64,000 nucleotides of DNA. Origin: Pseudolabrys sp. GTDB taxonomy: Bacteria > Pseudomonadota > Alphaproteobacteria > Rhizobiales > Xanthobacteraceae. Positions 27,758-38,017 of the stretch are shown piece after piece (positions within the stretch are counted from its first letter, which is position 1; the number at the start of each line of letters is the position of its first letter). The stretch is from NCBI GenBank assembly GCA_035701545.1, contig DASSRW010000077.1:688-64687 (forward strand). The letters are read 5' to 3'. The translations under genes and the position numbers were made by a program. The notes under the pieces were generated by a model. It did no database searches and was not told the origin of the DNA. It saw nothing but the letters and a program-made list of their open reading frames with translations.

Positions 27758-29253
27758 CGATAGAGCCAGGTTTCGGAAACCGGTTTCTTGTCGTTTTGCA
27801 GGAGTCCTCGCAACTCGATGAGCGGCTCACCCTTTGTGTCGAGGTCGAAACTCAGCCGCAATCCGCCGGTTTCCGGATTTGGCTGGAGTACCAGATTTTT
27901 GATGTCGCCCTTGCTGGCGCTGACGGCGGGCTGGATTGCTTCGGTCTCCGTGCTTGACAGCGCTGCTCCGGTTATTTCGAGCACGAAGCGGCGCGTGCCG
28001 TCCGGGCCGGCGCCGATGCGTGTTTTGACGAATTGAGCGGCGTCCCTGGGCCGCTTCGGAGGTCCCTTTCCCCAATGGAGGCGATAAGTGAAGATGTATT
28101 CGCCTTTCGCCTTGAGCGGCTCCTTGGGCCGCCAGAACGCAACGATGTTGTCGTGGATTTCCTCTTTTGTCGGGATCTCGAGCAGCTCGATGTTTCCTTC
28201 GCCCCAGTCGCCGATCGGCTCGACCCAGAGACTTGGCCGCTTCTCGAAATGCGACTCGAGATCGTCGTAGGCGAAGAAATCGCGTTCGCGTTGCATCAAT
28301 CCGAAACCGCGCGGATTGATGTCGCCGAAATAGCTGAGCTGGAGATCGCGCGGATTACTGATCGGGCGCCAGATCTCCTCGTTGCGGCCGCTGTGCATGG
28401 CAAGTCCGTCGGAATCGTGCACGGCGGGTCGGAAATCGTCGACGCCAACCCGGTCATTTGCGTCGAAGAGGAACATGCTGGTGCCGGGACCGATGCCGGA
28501 CTCCAAGATATCGGTGCGCGGATAGAGCGCCATCTCGGTGTCGTAGACCGTCGTGTCACCCGGCCGAATCGTGAAACGGAAGGCGGCCGCGGCGCTCGGG
28601 CTGTCGAGCAGCGCATGCACGACGATCGAGGTACTGTGTTGCGCAGGCTTCTCGATCCAGAAGGTGGTGAAGGCCGGAAATTCTTCTCCTTTCGGATCGC
28701 CGGTGCGCAGAGACAAACCGCGCGCCGACATGCCGTAGACCTGGCCCTTGGCGACCGCGCGAAAGTAGCTGGCGCCGAGAAAGACGCCGACCTCGTCGTA
28801 GTAGTCCGGTCGATTTATCTTTGCGTGCAACCGGAAGCCGGCAAAGCCGATATCCGTGTCCGGAGGCGGCGGCTTGATTTTGCCGAAGTTGAACAGATCG
28901 GGAGAATACGGAATGAGCGTCGTGCTCCCGTCGCTGACGACATAAATCGTGACGCGATCCTTGAAAATCCATCCACGATGGAAAAACTGCACCTGGAACG
29001 GCAGGTTTTCGTTGCGCCAAAGCGCCCGGTCGGAATTAAACCGGATGCTGCGGTAGACGTCGTAGTCGATATCGTTGAACGGAGCCGGCAAGGAATTGTC
29101 CGGAGCCTTGTAAGGCTTGCTCGCGAGCTCCTTGGCCTGTTTGCGCACCATGTCGGCGCTGAACGTGCCGCCGTCGGCGGCGCTCACTTGCCGGGTGGCT
29201 TTGAGAATCGAAATCGCCGCCGCCGAGCCGGCGATGAATTGTCGTCGATCCAA
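27745..29253 (-). CDS. opgG: Glucan biosynthesis protein OpgG/OpgD family, Tat signal
   Basis: LDRRQFI signal; FLGASYFRA, YGMSARGL, RPAVHDSDGL, EIHDNIVAFW; TTG start after GGAG. Confidence 0.9.
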   Translation of the reverse strand: MDRRQFIAGSAAAISILKATRQVSAADGGTFSADMVRKQAKELASKPYKAPDNSLPAPFNDIDYDVYRSIRFNSDRALWRNENLPFQVQFFHRGWIFKDRVTIYVVSDGSTTLIPYSPDLFNFGKIKPPPPDTDIGFAGFRLHAKINRPDYYDEVGVFLGASYFRAVAKGQVYGMSARGLSLRTGDPKGEEFPAFTTFWIEKPAQHSTSIVVHALLDSPSAAAAFRFTIRPGDTTVYDTEMALYPRTDILESGIGPGTSMFLFDANDRVGVDDFRPAVHDSDGLAMHSGRNEEIWRPISNPRDLQLSYFGDINPRGFGLMQRERDFFAYDDLESHFEKRPSLWVEPIGDWGEGNIELLEIPTKEEIHDNIVAFWRPKEPLKAKGEYIFTYRLHWGKGPPKRPRDAAQFVKTRIGAGPDGTRRFVLEITGAALSSTETEAIQPAVSASKGDIKNLVLQPNPETGGLRLSFDLDTKGEPLIELRGLLQNDKKPVSETWLYRWTR

Positions 29254-29360
29254 GGTGGCGGCTCCAAAGGCTTTGTTGGCGTCGTTGCGGGTTGCGCGGC
29301 ACGTCAATAACAAGTCGCAAGCCTGAAACGAGTTCCGCCGACCGGCCGCAGGGGGACCAG

Positions 29361-30683
29361 ATGCTGCCAATCAAAGACAAGCGGATTCCACTCTGGTCAC
29401 GAATGTCAGATGCGGAGCAACGGCGGGCCGCCGATCGGGCTGCCGAGCGAGCGCGAGGCCTCGAGCCGCGGTTGCACGCGTTCGCGGCACTCGAGGAGTC
29501 GCTCGGCCCCCAATCGGCCGGTGTTCTTGCGCCGATGCCTTACGCCGCCAAAGATATGTTCGCGATCCGGAGTCATCGTCCTGGTTGTGGACTTGCGTCC
29601 GCCGCCGCGCTCGTCGTGGAGGGGGTGGCGGAGGTCTTGCGGCAACTGGACGACGCCGGCGCGTTTCGCGTCGGTTTCACCAGGATGACTGAACTCGCCT
29701 ACGAGCCCTCCGGCTACAACGCCGTTGCCGACTATGCGCGCAATCCCTGGGACGTCGATTTTATTCCCGGCGGCTCTTCGTCGGGTTCGGCGGTTGCGGT
29801 GGCGAGCGGGTCTGTCGTCTTCGCGCTGGGCTCCGACACCGGCGGCTCGATCCGCATCCCCGCGCATTGCTGCGGCGTCACCGGCTGGAAACCGACATGG
29901 GGCGGCGTGAGCGCCGTCGGCACGTTGCCGCTTGCACCGTTTCTCGACTGCATCGGTCTTCTCGCGCGCGCTGCGTCCGAGCTTGCGCCTGCCGCGGCTG
30001 TGCTTTCGTCCGATATGCGGCCGCGTACGGCCATCGAGCGGGCGGTTGTTCTTCGCGATGCGGTCGCAAATTCGGAAGAAAGCATTCGTCGGGCTTGTCG
30101 CGACGGACTCGATGCCATCGAAGCGTGCGGCATCGCGATGTCGAACATGGACGGTCTTCCGGCAATCGAGAAAATCGATTTTCATGCGCTGCGGGTCATG
30201 CAGGGCGAGGCAGCACGGACTCACCGTGGCCGGATTGACGATCCTGCGATCAATTGGGTTCTGCGCGCCCGCCTGGCCAAGGGGCTCGACGTGGACGATC
30301 CAATGCTCTCAGCCAGCCGCGCGGCACGCGCCACGCTGGCCAAGGATTTCGAGGAGCAGATTTTGGGCAAGGCGGACGCCGCCGTGCTGCCGGTGATGCC
30401 GTTGCGGACGCCGCCGTTCAGCGAAGTCGACCCGTCCTCGCCGTCGTTCAGGGCTCGCCGCTTGTACGCGCTCAGTAGTTATTGCCGCTTTGTCAACATG
30501 CTCGGCTTCCCGGCGGTCGCATTTCCGGTCGGGTTTGACGACCGCGGACTGCCTGTCGGGCTGCAGATAATCGGCCGTCCCGGCCGCGACGGCGACCTGA
30601 TTGCGCTCGCCGCGAAGATACAGGAAAAGACCGAGTGGCACCGTCGTGTGCCCACCGCCGTCCGCGATCTCGTCGATGCTTGA
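29361..30683 (+). CDS. Amidase (amidase signature family)
   Basis: AAKD, PGGSSSGS, GSDTGGSIRIPA. Confidence 0.92.
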   Translation: MLPIKDKRIPLWSRMSDAEQRRAADRAAERARGLEPRLHAFAALEESLGPQSAGVLAPMPYAAKDMFAIRSHRPGCGLASAAALVVEGVAEVLRQLDDAGAFRVGFTRMTELAYEPSGYNAVADYARNPWDVDFIPGGSSSGSAVAVASGSVVFALGSDTGGSIRIPAHCCGVTGWKPTWGGVSAVGTLPLAPFLDCIGLLARAASELAPAAAVLSSDMRPRTAIERAVVLRDAVANSEESIRRACRDGLDAIEACGIAMSNMDGLPAIEKIDFHALRVMQGEAARTHRGRIDDPAINWVLRARLAKGLDVDDPMLSASRAARATLAKDFEEQILGKADAAVLPVMPLRTPPFSEVDPSSPSFRARRLYALSSYCRFVNMLGFPAVAFPVGFDDRGLPVGLQIIGRPGRDGDLIALAAKIQEKTEWHRRVPTAVRDLVDA

Positions 30684-30698
30684 AAAGGGCTTCCACGC

Positions 30699-31886
30699 AT
30701 GACTGAGGATTCCGCCGCGCTCGCCCGTTTGCGCGTCCTCGATTTGACACGGGCGCGCGCCGGCCCGACCTGCTGCCGTGTGCTGGCCGACTTCGGTGCC
30801 GACGTGCTCAAGATCGAGGCGCCTGCGGGCGTTGATCCGAACGAGAGCATGAACGGGCCGCGCGACGGCTACGATATGCTCAATCTCCACCGGAACAAGC
30901 GGTCGCTGACGCTCAATCTGAAGGAGCCGCAAGGGCGCGACATATTCATGCGGCTGGCCAAAACAGCCGATGTCGTCGTGGAGAATTTCCGCCCCGATGT
31001 GAAGGAGCGGCTAGGCATCGGTTACGAGGCTTTGCGGGCGGTCAATCCGCGCATCATTCTCGCGTCGATTTCAGGCTTTGGGCAAACGGGACCCTATCGC
31101 TTGCGTGCCGGATTCGACCAGATCGCGCAGGGGATGGGCGGGCTGATGTGGGTTACGGGCAAGGCCGGCGAGGGCCCGATGCGCGCCGGCATCGCTGTCG
31201 CCGATTCATCGGCGGGCCTTTATGCGACAATCGGGATTCTCATGGCGCTCGCCGAGCGCGAGCGATCGGGCGCAGGGCAATGGGTGCAGACGTCGCTGCT
31301 GCAGGCGCAGATCGCCATGCTCGATTTCCAGGCGGCGCGTTACCTGCTCGACAGCGAAGTGCCTGTTCAGGCCGGTAACGATCATCCGTATTCGACGCCG
31401 ATGGGCGTCGTGCAAACGGCGGATGGTTACATCAACATCGGGGTCGGCGGGGACGGCCAGTGGCGCGCGCTGTGCAAGGCGCTGGAGCGGCCGGACCTTG
31501 CCGCCAATTCGGACTATGAAACGCTCGCCGGCCGTTACCATCATCGCCCGGCCTTGATGAAGACGCTTGCCGAGGTCTTTGCCACGCGCACATCCGCCGC
31601 GTGGCTTGAGCGGCTCGAAGCGGTCGGTGTGCCGGCAGGCCCTATCAACAAGCTGAACGAGGTCTTTGCGGATCCGCAGGTCGAGCATCTCGGGATAGCC
31701 GTTAAATGCCGGCATCCGGCCCGCGGCGACGTGCGCATCGTCGGCCAGCCGGTCAGCTTGTCCCGCACCCCGGCGCGCATCCGGACGATGACGCCGCCGC
31801 GTGGCGAGCATACCGATACGCTGCTGCGCGAACTGGGCTTTACGGTGGATGACATCGCGCGGCTGCGGGAAGGCAATGTGGTCTAG
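30699..31886 (+). CDS. Class III CoA-transferase (CaiB/BaiF)
   Basis: RVLDLT, DFGADVLKIE, RNKRSLTLNLK, ENFRP, catalytic Asp in AVAD. Confidence 0.93.
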   Translation: MTEDSAALARLRVLDLTRARAGPTCCRVLADFGADVLKIEAPAGVDPNESMNGPRDGYDMLNLHRNKRSLTLNLKEPQGRDIFMRLAKTADVVVENFRPDVKERLGIGYEALRAVNPRIILASISGFGQTGPYRLRAGFDQIAQGMGGLMWVTGKAGEGPMRAGIAVADSSAGLYATIGILMALAERERSGAGQWVQTSLLQAQIAMLDFQAARYLLDSEVPVQAGNDHPYSTPMGVVQTADGYINIGVGGDGQWRALCKALERPDLAANSDYETLAGRYHHRPALMKTLAEVFATRTSAAWLERLEAVGVPAGPINKLNEVFADPQVEHLGIAVKCRHPARGDVRIVGQPVSLSRTPARIRTMTPPRGEHTDTLLRELGFTVDDIARLREGNVV

Positions 31887-31895
31887 CGAGGAGTT

Positions 31896-32798
31896 ATGAC
31901 GGTTGTACTGGTAACTGGCGCGAGCGGCTTTCTGGGTGCGGCTGTCGTTGAGCGGCTGACGGCACAAGGCCGTCAGTGCGTCGGGCTTGATCCGCTGCCG
32001 CCGCTGACCATGTCGCATCGGCACGTGAAAGACGATCTGTCTGATCGCAGGCGCCTGGAAGCGCTGCTGCGCGACGAAAACATCTCGCACGTTCTGCACT
32101 GCGGCGGCGTTTCGGGCCCGATGGTCATGAGCGACGATCCGGCGCGGGTCATGGATATCAACGTCGCCGGCAGCCTCAACCTCTTGCAGGCGTCCCTGGT
32201 GAGCGGGGTGAAGACGTTCGTTTATTGCTCGTCGGTCTCGGCTGTCGGAAACTTTTACGAAGATGCGCCGATTGCCGACGACTATCCGCTGCGCCCGGTC
32301 AGCGCCTATGGAAGCTCCAAAGCGGCGATGGACATGGTGCTGCGCGGCCTGTGGGGACGCGTGGCGCTCGATCTCTGCTCACTGCGATTCACCAGCATCT
32401 ACGGGCCTGAGCGGCGAGCGCGATTCGTCATCGATGACATTGTCGCGGCGGCGATCGGCGGCGAAACGCTCTCAGTCGAGCCGACGACGGACTGGCCTTA
32501 TATCTATATCGACGATGCCGCCGACGCGGCGGTTGCAGCGTGTTTCTCGAATTCCCGCCGTCAGCTCTATTATTTTATCGCCTATCCCGAGCAGGTCACG
32601 CTCGAAGAGCTCGCGCGCGCCGCCGCGAAAAGCGGAGGCAAGCTTGTGCGGCTTGCCGTGGACGACACGATCCCGCGCGCCAGCCGCGGGCCGCTCGACA
32701 TTGCACCTGCGCGGCGGGATTTCGGCTTTGCTCCAAAAATCGATCACCGCGAGGGAATTCGACGCATGGTTGAGGCGCGGCGCGCAAGGCAGGCATGA
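31896..32798 (+). CDS. NAD-dependent epimerase/dehydratase (extended SDR)
   Basis: TGASGFLG, CSS, YGSSK. Confidence 0.88.
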   Translation: MTVVLVTGASGFLGAAVVERLTAQGRQCVGLDPLPPLTMSHRHVKDDLSDRRRLEALLRDENISHVLHCGGVSGPMVMSDDPARVMDINVAGSLNLLQASLVSGVKTFVYCSSVSAVGNFYEDAPIADDYPLRPVSAYGSSKAAMDMVLRGLWGRVALDLCSLRFTSIYGPERRARFVIDDIVAAAIGGETLSVEPTTDWPYIYIDDAADAAVAACFSNSRRQLYYFIAYPEQVTLEELARAAAKSGGKLVRLAVDDTIPRASRGPLDIAPARRDFGFAPKIDHREGIRRMVEARRARQA

Positions 32799-32907
32799 TT
32801 TGCGCCGGCGCTCTTGTCCGGTAGACGCGGGGTCGTCATAGTCGCTGGCTGTTTCCCCGCCCAAGACGAGCCGGCCTTCTCACCTATCCCTTAGCGGAGA
32901 CCCGTCA

Positions 32908-33690
32908 ATGGACCTGAGGCTTGCAGGAAAGTGCGCACTGATCACCGGCGGCTCGAAGGGGATCGGCCGTGCCGCAGCCGAAAGTTTTGCTGCGGAAGGC
33001 TGCAACCTCGTCCTGGTGTCGCGCACGGCAAACGATCTTGCCGCTGCGAAAGAGCAGATTGCGCGCAAAGCGAATGTCCGAGTCGACACCGTCGCCGCTG
33101 ATCTGTCGGACAGCAAATACGTTGATCAACTGGCGAAGAATTTTCCGAACGTCGACATTCTGGTGAACAATGCGGGCGCCATCCCCGGCGGCAAGTTGCT
33201 CGATATCGACGAAAAAACCTGGCGCAAGGCGTGGGATTTGAAGGTCTTCGGCTATGTCAACATGTGCCGCGCCTTTTACCGGGTGATGAAGGAGCGCGGC
33301 TCCGGTGTGATCGTCAACGTCATCGGCAATGCCGCGCAAACACGCGATCCCGAGTATATCTGCGGCGTGACGGGCAACGCAGGGCTGATGGCGTTCAGTC
33401 AGTCGCTCGGCAGCGTAAGCCCGCACGATGGTATCCGCGTTGTTGCGATCAACCCCGGACCCGTTGAAACCGAGCGGCTGGTGGGCTTGATGAAAAGGAA
33501 GGCGCTGGACCGTACGGGTGACGCCGACAGCTGGCGCGATCTGTTGAAGCCGCTGCCGTTCGGCCGCGCGTGCTCTCCGGAGGAGATCGGCTCGATGATC
33601 ACGTTTCTGGCATCCGATCGCTGCGGGTACAACAGCGGTTCAGTCGTGACCATTGACGCCGGCCACTCGGCGCGCTCCATGAGCTTTTGA
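32908..33690 (+). CDS. Short-chain dehydrogenase/reductase (atypical YxxxN-like active-site region)
   Basis: TGGSKGIG, LVNNAG, YICGVTGNA, INPGPVETER. Confidence 0.88.
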   Translation: MDLRLAGKCALITGGSKGIGRAAAESFAAEGCNLVLVSRTANDLAAAKEQIARKANVRVDTVAADLSDSKYVDQLAKNFPNVDILVNNAGAIPGGKLLDIDEKTWRKAWDLKVFGYVNMCRAFYRVMKERGSGVIVNVIGNAAQTRDPEYICGVTGNAGLMAFSQSLGSVSPHDGIRVVAINPGPVETERLVGLMKRKALDRTGDADSWRDLLKPLPFGRACSPEEIGSMITFLASDRCGYNSGSVVTIDAGHSARSMSF

Positions 33691-33709
33691 CAGCAGGGGA
33701 CCAGGACAA

Positions 33710-34588
33710 ATGCCGCATCTGACCACCGACGACGGCGTCAAACTCTATTACGAGGAGACCGGCAGCGGGATTCCGATCGTTTTCGTGCACGAGTTTGCCG
33801 GCGACTACAGGTCGTACGAATTGCAGATGCGCTATTTCGGGCAGCGCTACCGCTGCATCGCCTACAATGCGCGCGGCTATCCGCCGTCGGACGTGCCGAA
33901 GGATGGCGAGCGTTATTCGCAAGACCGCGCGCGGGACGATATCCGCGCCGTGCTCGACGCGTTGAAGATTGACAAGGCGCACGTCGTCGGCTTGTCGATG
34001 GGCGGCTTTGCGGCGCTGCATTTCGGCTTCACCTATGCCGACCGTGCGCGTTCGATCGTCGTGGCCGGCTGCGGCTATGGCGCCGCGCCGGACAAGCGCG
34101 CCCAATTCGCGGAGGAGGCGGAGGCCGCCGCCCGCCAGTTCGAGCAGCAAACCATGGCTAAGGCCGCGGAGGCCTACGGGCTTGGCCCGACACGCGTCCA
34201 GTTTCAGAACAAGGACCCGCGCGGATGGCGCGAATTCGTCGACCAGCTCGCCGAGCACTCGACCGAGGGTTCGGCGCTGACCATGCGCGGTGTGCAGAAG
34301 CGGCGGCCGTCGTTGTTCGATCTCGTCGACAAAATGAAGACCATGACCGCGCCGACGCTGATCATGACAGGCGACGAGGATTGGCCGTGTCTGGAGCCTG
34401 GCCTGCTGATGAAGCGGACGATTCCAACCGCCGCCCTGGTCGTGATGCCGAACGCCGGCCACACCATCAACCTTGAAGATCCGGCGGCGTTCAATCAGCA
34501 CATTGCTGATTTTATCGGCGCGGTCGACGCGGGCGCATGGCGCAAGCGCGACCCGCGCGCGATGGCCTCGTCGATTCTCGGCAGGTAG
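33710..34588 (+). CDS. Alpha/beta-fold hydrolase
   Basis: GLSMG nucleophile elbow, GDED, AGHTINLEDP. Confidence 0.9.
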   Translation: MPHLTTDDGVKLYYEETGSGIPIVFVHEFAGDYRSYELQMRYFGQRYRCIAYNARGYPPSDVPKDGERYSQDRARDDIRAVLDALKIDKAHVVGLSMGGFAALHFGFTYADRARSIVVAGCGYGAAPDKRAQFAEEAEAAARQFEQQTMAKAAEAYGLGPTRVQFQNKDPRGWREFVDQLAEHSTEGSALTMRGVQKRRPSLFDLVDKMKTMTAPTLIMTGDEDWPCLEPGLLMKRTIPTAALVVMPNAGHTINLEDPAAFNQHIADFIGAVDAGAWRKRDPRAMASSILGR

Positions 34589-34602
34589 TGCTGGTCGCAT
34601 CT

Positions 34603-34705
34603 GTCATTCCGGACGCCGCGGAGCGGCGATCCGGAATCCAGAAACACGAAGGAAATCCATGTAGCTGGATTCCGGGTTCGCGCTTTCAGCGCGCGCCCGA
34701 ATGAC
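34603..34705. repeat. REP/RIME-like palindromic intergenic element
   Basis: GTCATTC...GAATGAC termini; internal CCGGAATCCAG (34631-34641)/CTGGATTCCGG (34665-34675) inverted pair; two small inner hairpins; lies between convergent genes. Confidence 0.75.
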
Positions 34706-34723
34706 TTGCCGGGCGAGTGCGCA

Positions 34724-35482
34724 TCACGTCGTTGTATACCCGCCGTCGACCAGCATGTCGGCGCCTGTCATGAAGCTTGCCGCGTCGCTGGCAAGGAACA
34801 GCGCGGCCTGTGCAATTTCATCCGGCTGGCCGAGCCGGTTCAGCAAATGCTTGGGCCCGGACAGGCGGCGCGCCGTCTCCATGTCGCCGAAACGCAAAAC
34901 CATTCGGCGCGTTTCTACGGCGCCGGGCGAGAGGGCGTTGACACGGATGTTTTGCGCCGCGTGATCGACGGCCATCGCCTTGGCGAGCTGGATGATTGCG
35001 CCTTTCGAGGTGCAATAGGCGGCGCGTGCAGGTGCGGCGACGCGGCCGAGTTGTGAAGCGATATGAATAATGCTGCCGCCGCCGCCCGCGACCATCGAGG
35101 GCAGGACAGCGCGGCTCATCAGATACGCCCCGGTCACGTTGACGGCGAGCACGCGATTCCAGTCGCCGGGCGAGGTTTCGAGCACGGTTCCGTTCGGATC
35201 GTCGGTCGCGGCCGCGTTGACCAGTACATGAATGTTGCCGAACGTCTTTTGCGCGGCATCCGCCGCGGCGCGCGTGTCAGCTTCGACGCTTACGTCGCAT
35301 CGTCGCGCAAGCGACCGGCCGCCGGCCTTCTCGATCGCGTGGGCAGTCTGTTCGGCGGCGGCGGCATCGAGGTCGAGACAGGTGACCGCCGCGCCGGCAG
35401 CGGCGAAGGCCCTCGCGATGGCGGCACCGATGCCGTTGCCGGCGCCAGTAACGATGGCGGTTTTACCAGTGAGCGTCGTCAT
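34724..35482 (-). CDS. Short-chain dehydrogenase/reductase
   Basis: TGAGNGIG, YCTSKG, RVNALSPG, VDGG. Confidence 0.92.
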   Translation of the reverse strand: MTTLTGKTAIVTGAGNGIGAAIARAFAAAGAAVTCLDLDAAAAEQTAHAIEKAGGRSLARRCDVSVEADTRAAADAAQKTFGNIHVLVNAAATDDPNGTVLETSPGDWNRVLAVNVTGAYLMSRAVLPSMVAGGGGSIIHIASQLGRVAAPARAAYCTSKGAIIQLAKAMAVDHAAQNIRVNALSPGAVETRRMVLRFGDMETARRLSGPKHLLNRLGQPDEIAQAALFLASDAASFMTGADMLVDGGYTTT

Positions 35483-36216
35483 GGCGTTGCAACCGCAGCG
35501 CTGCGACCGAGGTAAGCCTGCTGAACGCGCTCATCCTGTTTCAACATGCTGCATGCTCCGGATGCGATGATCGAGCCGGTCTGCAAGACGTAGCCGCGGC
35601 TTGCGGTTTCCAGCGCATACCGTGCGTTCTGCTCCACCAGGAGCACGCTGGTGCCGCTTTCGTTGATCGAGCGGATCGTGCGGAAGATATCCTGCACGAC
35701 GAGCGGCGCCAGCCCGAGCGAAGGCTCGTCGAGGCACAAGAGACGCGGCTCCGACATCATGGCGCGGCCCAGAACGAGCATTTGTTGCTCGCCGCCGCTC
35801 AGGGTTCCGGCGTTTTGGGTCGCCCGCGCGCTCAGGCGCGGGAACATCGCAAACATGCGTTCGATGAGTGACTTGATCTTGCCGGCGTCGTTCCGGAATT
35901 TGAAGCCGCCGAGCTCCAGGTTTTCGCGCACGGTCAGGAAAGGGAAAACGTGACGGCCTTCCGGCACGAGGGCGATGCCAATCTTGCTGCGCTCGTGTGA
36001 CGGCAGCCGCGTGATGTCGCGCCCGGCGAAACGGATTGTGCCTGCGCGAGGAAGCAGTGCGCCGGCGATCGCCCGCAGCGTCGTTGATTTGCCGGCGCCA
36101 TTGGCGCCAATGAGTGTGACGATCTCTCCCTCATCGACATGGAGCGCCACATCGCGGCAGGCCGGCACCTGGCCGTAGGCTAGTTCGAGCCCTTCAGCAG
36201 CAAGCAGCGCGGTCAT
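35479..36216 (-). CDS. Branched-chain amino acid-type ABC ATPase (LivF-like)
   Basis: GANGAGKST, LSGGEQQM, LDEPSLGLAP. Confidence 0.92.
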   Translation of the reverse strand: MTALLAAEGLELAYGQVPACRDVALHVDEGEIVTLIGANGAGKSTTLRAIAGALLPRAGTIRFAGRDITRLPSHERSKIGIALVPEGRHVFPFLTVRENLELGGFKFRNDAGKIKSLIERMFAMFPRLSARATQNAGTLSGGEQQMLVLGRAMMSEPRLLCLDEPSLGLAPLVVQDIFRTIRSINESGTSVLLVEQNARYALETASRGYVLQTGSIIASGACSMLKQDERVQQAYLGRSAAVATP

Positions 36217-36992
36217 CGCACTTCGGCTCCCAGATAGGCGGCGATGACACCGGGATGCGCTTGAACGTCGGTGGGCGTTCCCTCGAACAGATATTGACCG
36301 TAGTCCATGACAAGAATGCGGTCGGCGATCTGCATGACGAGATCCATATTGTGCTCGACCATCACGACGGTTATTCCGCGTGTGCGCAAGGCGATGATGC
36401 GCGCCAGCAAGGCTTCGACCTCCGCCGCATTCAACCCGGCCGCCGGTTCGTCGATCATCAGGAGACAGGGCGCGGTGGCAAGCGCCCGCGCGATTTCAAG
36501 CATGCGTTGTTCACCATAGGAAAGCGACCCGGCGGTGACGTTCGCGCGCTGAATCAGGCCGACGAAGGTCAGCAAATTTGCGGCTTCGTCGCGGCAGCGC
36601 TGCCGGTCGCGCCGAAACGCAGGTCCATGCAGAACGTACTGCCACGGTGGAATCTGATGATGCAGATGAAAGCCCGCGAGCACGTTTTCGAGAACGGAAA
36701 GCTGTCTGAACAGCCGGATTTTCTGGAACGTTCGGGCAAGGCCGTGACGCACGCGCCGGTGCGACGGCATGCCGACAACGTCGACGCCGGCAAATGTCAG
36801 TTCGCCTGCGTCCGGCTGGTAGATGCCGCTCATCAGATTGAGCAATGTCGACTTTCCGGCGCCATTCGGGCCGATGACGGCGAACACCGTTCCGCGTGGA
36901 ATGTTCAGCGAAATATCGCGCACCGCCTGCACGCCGCCGAAGCTTTTGTGCAGGCCTTTTGCGCGGAGCAGGATTTCGCCGGCGCCGCTCAT
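36213..36992 (-). CDS. Branched-chain amino acid-type ABC ATPase (LivG-like)
   Basis: GPNGAGKST, LSYGEQR, DEPAAGLN, AYLG; start at MSGAGE. Confidence 0.92.
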   Translation of the reverse strand: MSGAGEILLRAKGLHKSFGGVQAVRDISLNIPRGTVFAVIGPNGAGKSTLLNLMSGIYQPDAGELTFAGVDVVGMPSHRRVRHGLARTFQKIRLFRQLSVLENVLAGFHLHHQIPPWQYVLHGPAFRRDRQRCRDEAANLLTFVGLIQRANVTAGSLSYGEQRMLEIARALATAPCLLMIDEPAAGLNAAEVEALLARIIALRTRGITVVMVEHNMDLVMQIADRILVMDYGQYLFEGTPTDVQAHPGVIAAYLGAEVR

Positions 36993-38017
36993 GCTTTGCG
37001 CCTCGGTTTGATGCTCTCTCGCGCGCGAGCCGAGACCACTCGCGCGGCCTGCACCAGGCCGCCCGGCATGAAGAGAACCACCAGCGTCACCGAGACGCCG
37101 TAGACAATGAGCCGCAGGTCGCCGATGCCACGCAGCAGCTCCGGCAAAACCGTGAGCAGAATGGCTCCGACCACGGGGCCGATGAGCGTGCCCATGCCCC
37201 CGACGATTACCATCGCCAGGATGGTGAACGACTCGGTGATAAAAAATGCGTCGGGAACGAGCGTACCGACGAAGCTCGCATAAAAGCAGCCGCCGGCACC
37301 GGCGACAGCCGAGCTCACCGCAAATGCAAATACTTTCCACCGCTGGCAATTCACGCCGAGCGATGCGGCTGAAACTTCATCCTCGCGGATCGCGGTCAAG
37401 GTCTCGCCGACCGGAGAGCGCACGAGCTGATCGAGCAGCAGGTAGGTGAGGAAGGCGAAACCCGCGACCAGATAGAAGAGATCCGCAAGATTGCTGAATT
37501 CGACCGATGGCAGGCCAGGAATAGCGATCGGCGGCGGCGGCGCGATGCCATAGATGCCAAGGGGCCCTTGCGTGAGGCTGATCCAGTTGAGCAGAACCTG
37601 ATAGGTGATGACCGCAAAGCCGAGCGAGGCGATCGCGAGGTAGTGCCCGCGCAGGCGGACCGCGAACATGGAGAGAAAGACGCCGGCGATTCCCGCGAGC
37701 AGGACACCAGCTGCAAAGGCGATCCAGAACGGCACGCCGAGCCGGGTAATCAGCAGCGTCGAGGCGTAAGCGCCGATTCCGTAGAACGCCGACTGACCCA
37801 GATTGAGCTGGCCGGCGTAGCCGAGCACGAAGTCCAGTCCGATCGCCAGCAGCACGTTGATCGCGCAGACGATCAGATTGGTTCGCCAGTAAGAATCGGT
37901 AAAAATCGCGGGCAAGAGGCCGATCACGATCGCGGCCACCAGCAGCCAAAAGCGGCGTGAGGCGATCGACGGCGTCGTAGCCGGGTTTGCTGGTTGCGCG
38001 GCGGCGGGGTTAGACAT
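36989..38017 (-). CDS. LivM-like permease
   Basis: GQLNLGQSAFYGIGAY, AIREDEVSA, VIVGGMG. Confidence 0.9.
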   Translation of the reverse strand: MSNPAAAQPANPATTPSIASRRFWLLVAAIVIGLLPAIFTDSYWRTNLIVCAINVLLAIGLDFVLGYAGQLNLGQSAFYGIGAYASTLLITRLGVPFWIAFAAGVLLAGIAGVFLSMFAVRLRGHYLAIASLGFAVITYQVLLNWISLTQGPLGIYGIAPPPPIAIPGLPSVEFSNLADLFYLVAGFAFLTYLLLDQLVRSPVGETLTAIREDEVSAASLGVNCQRWKVFAFAVSSAVAGAGGCFYASFVGTLVPDAFFITESFTILAMVIVGGMGTLIGPVVGAILLTVLPELLRGIGDLRLIVYGVSVTLVVLFMPGGLVQAARVVSARARESIKPRRKA

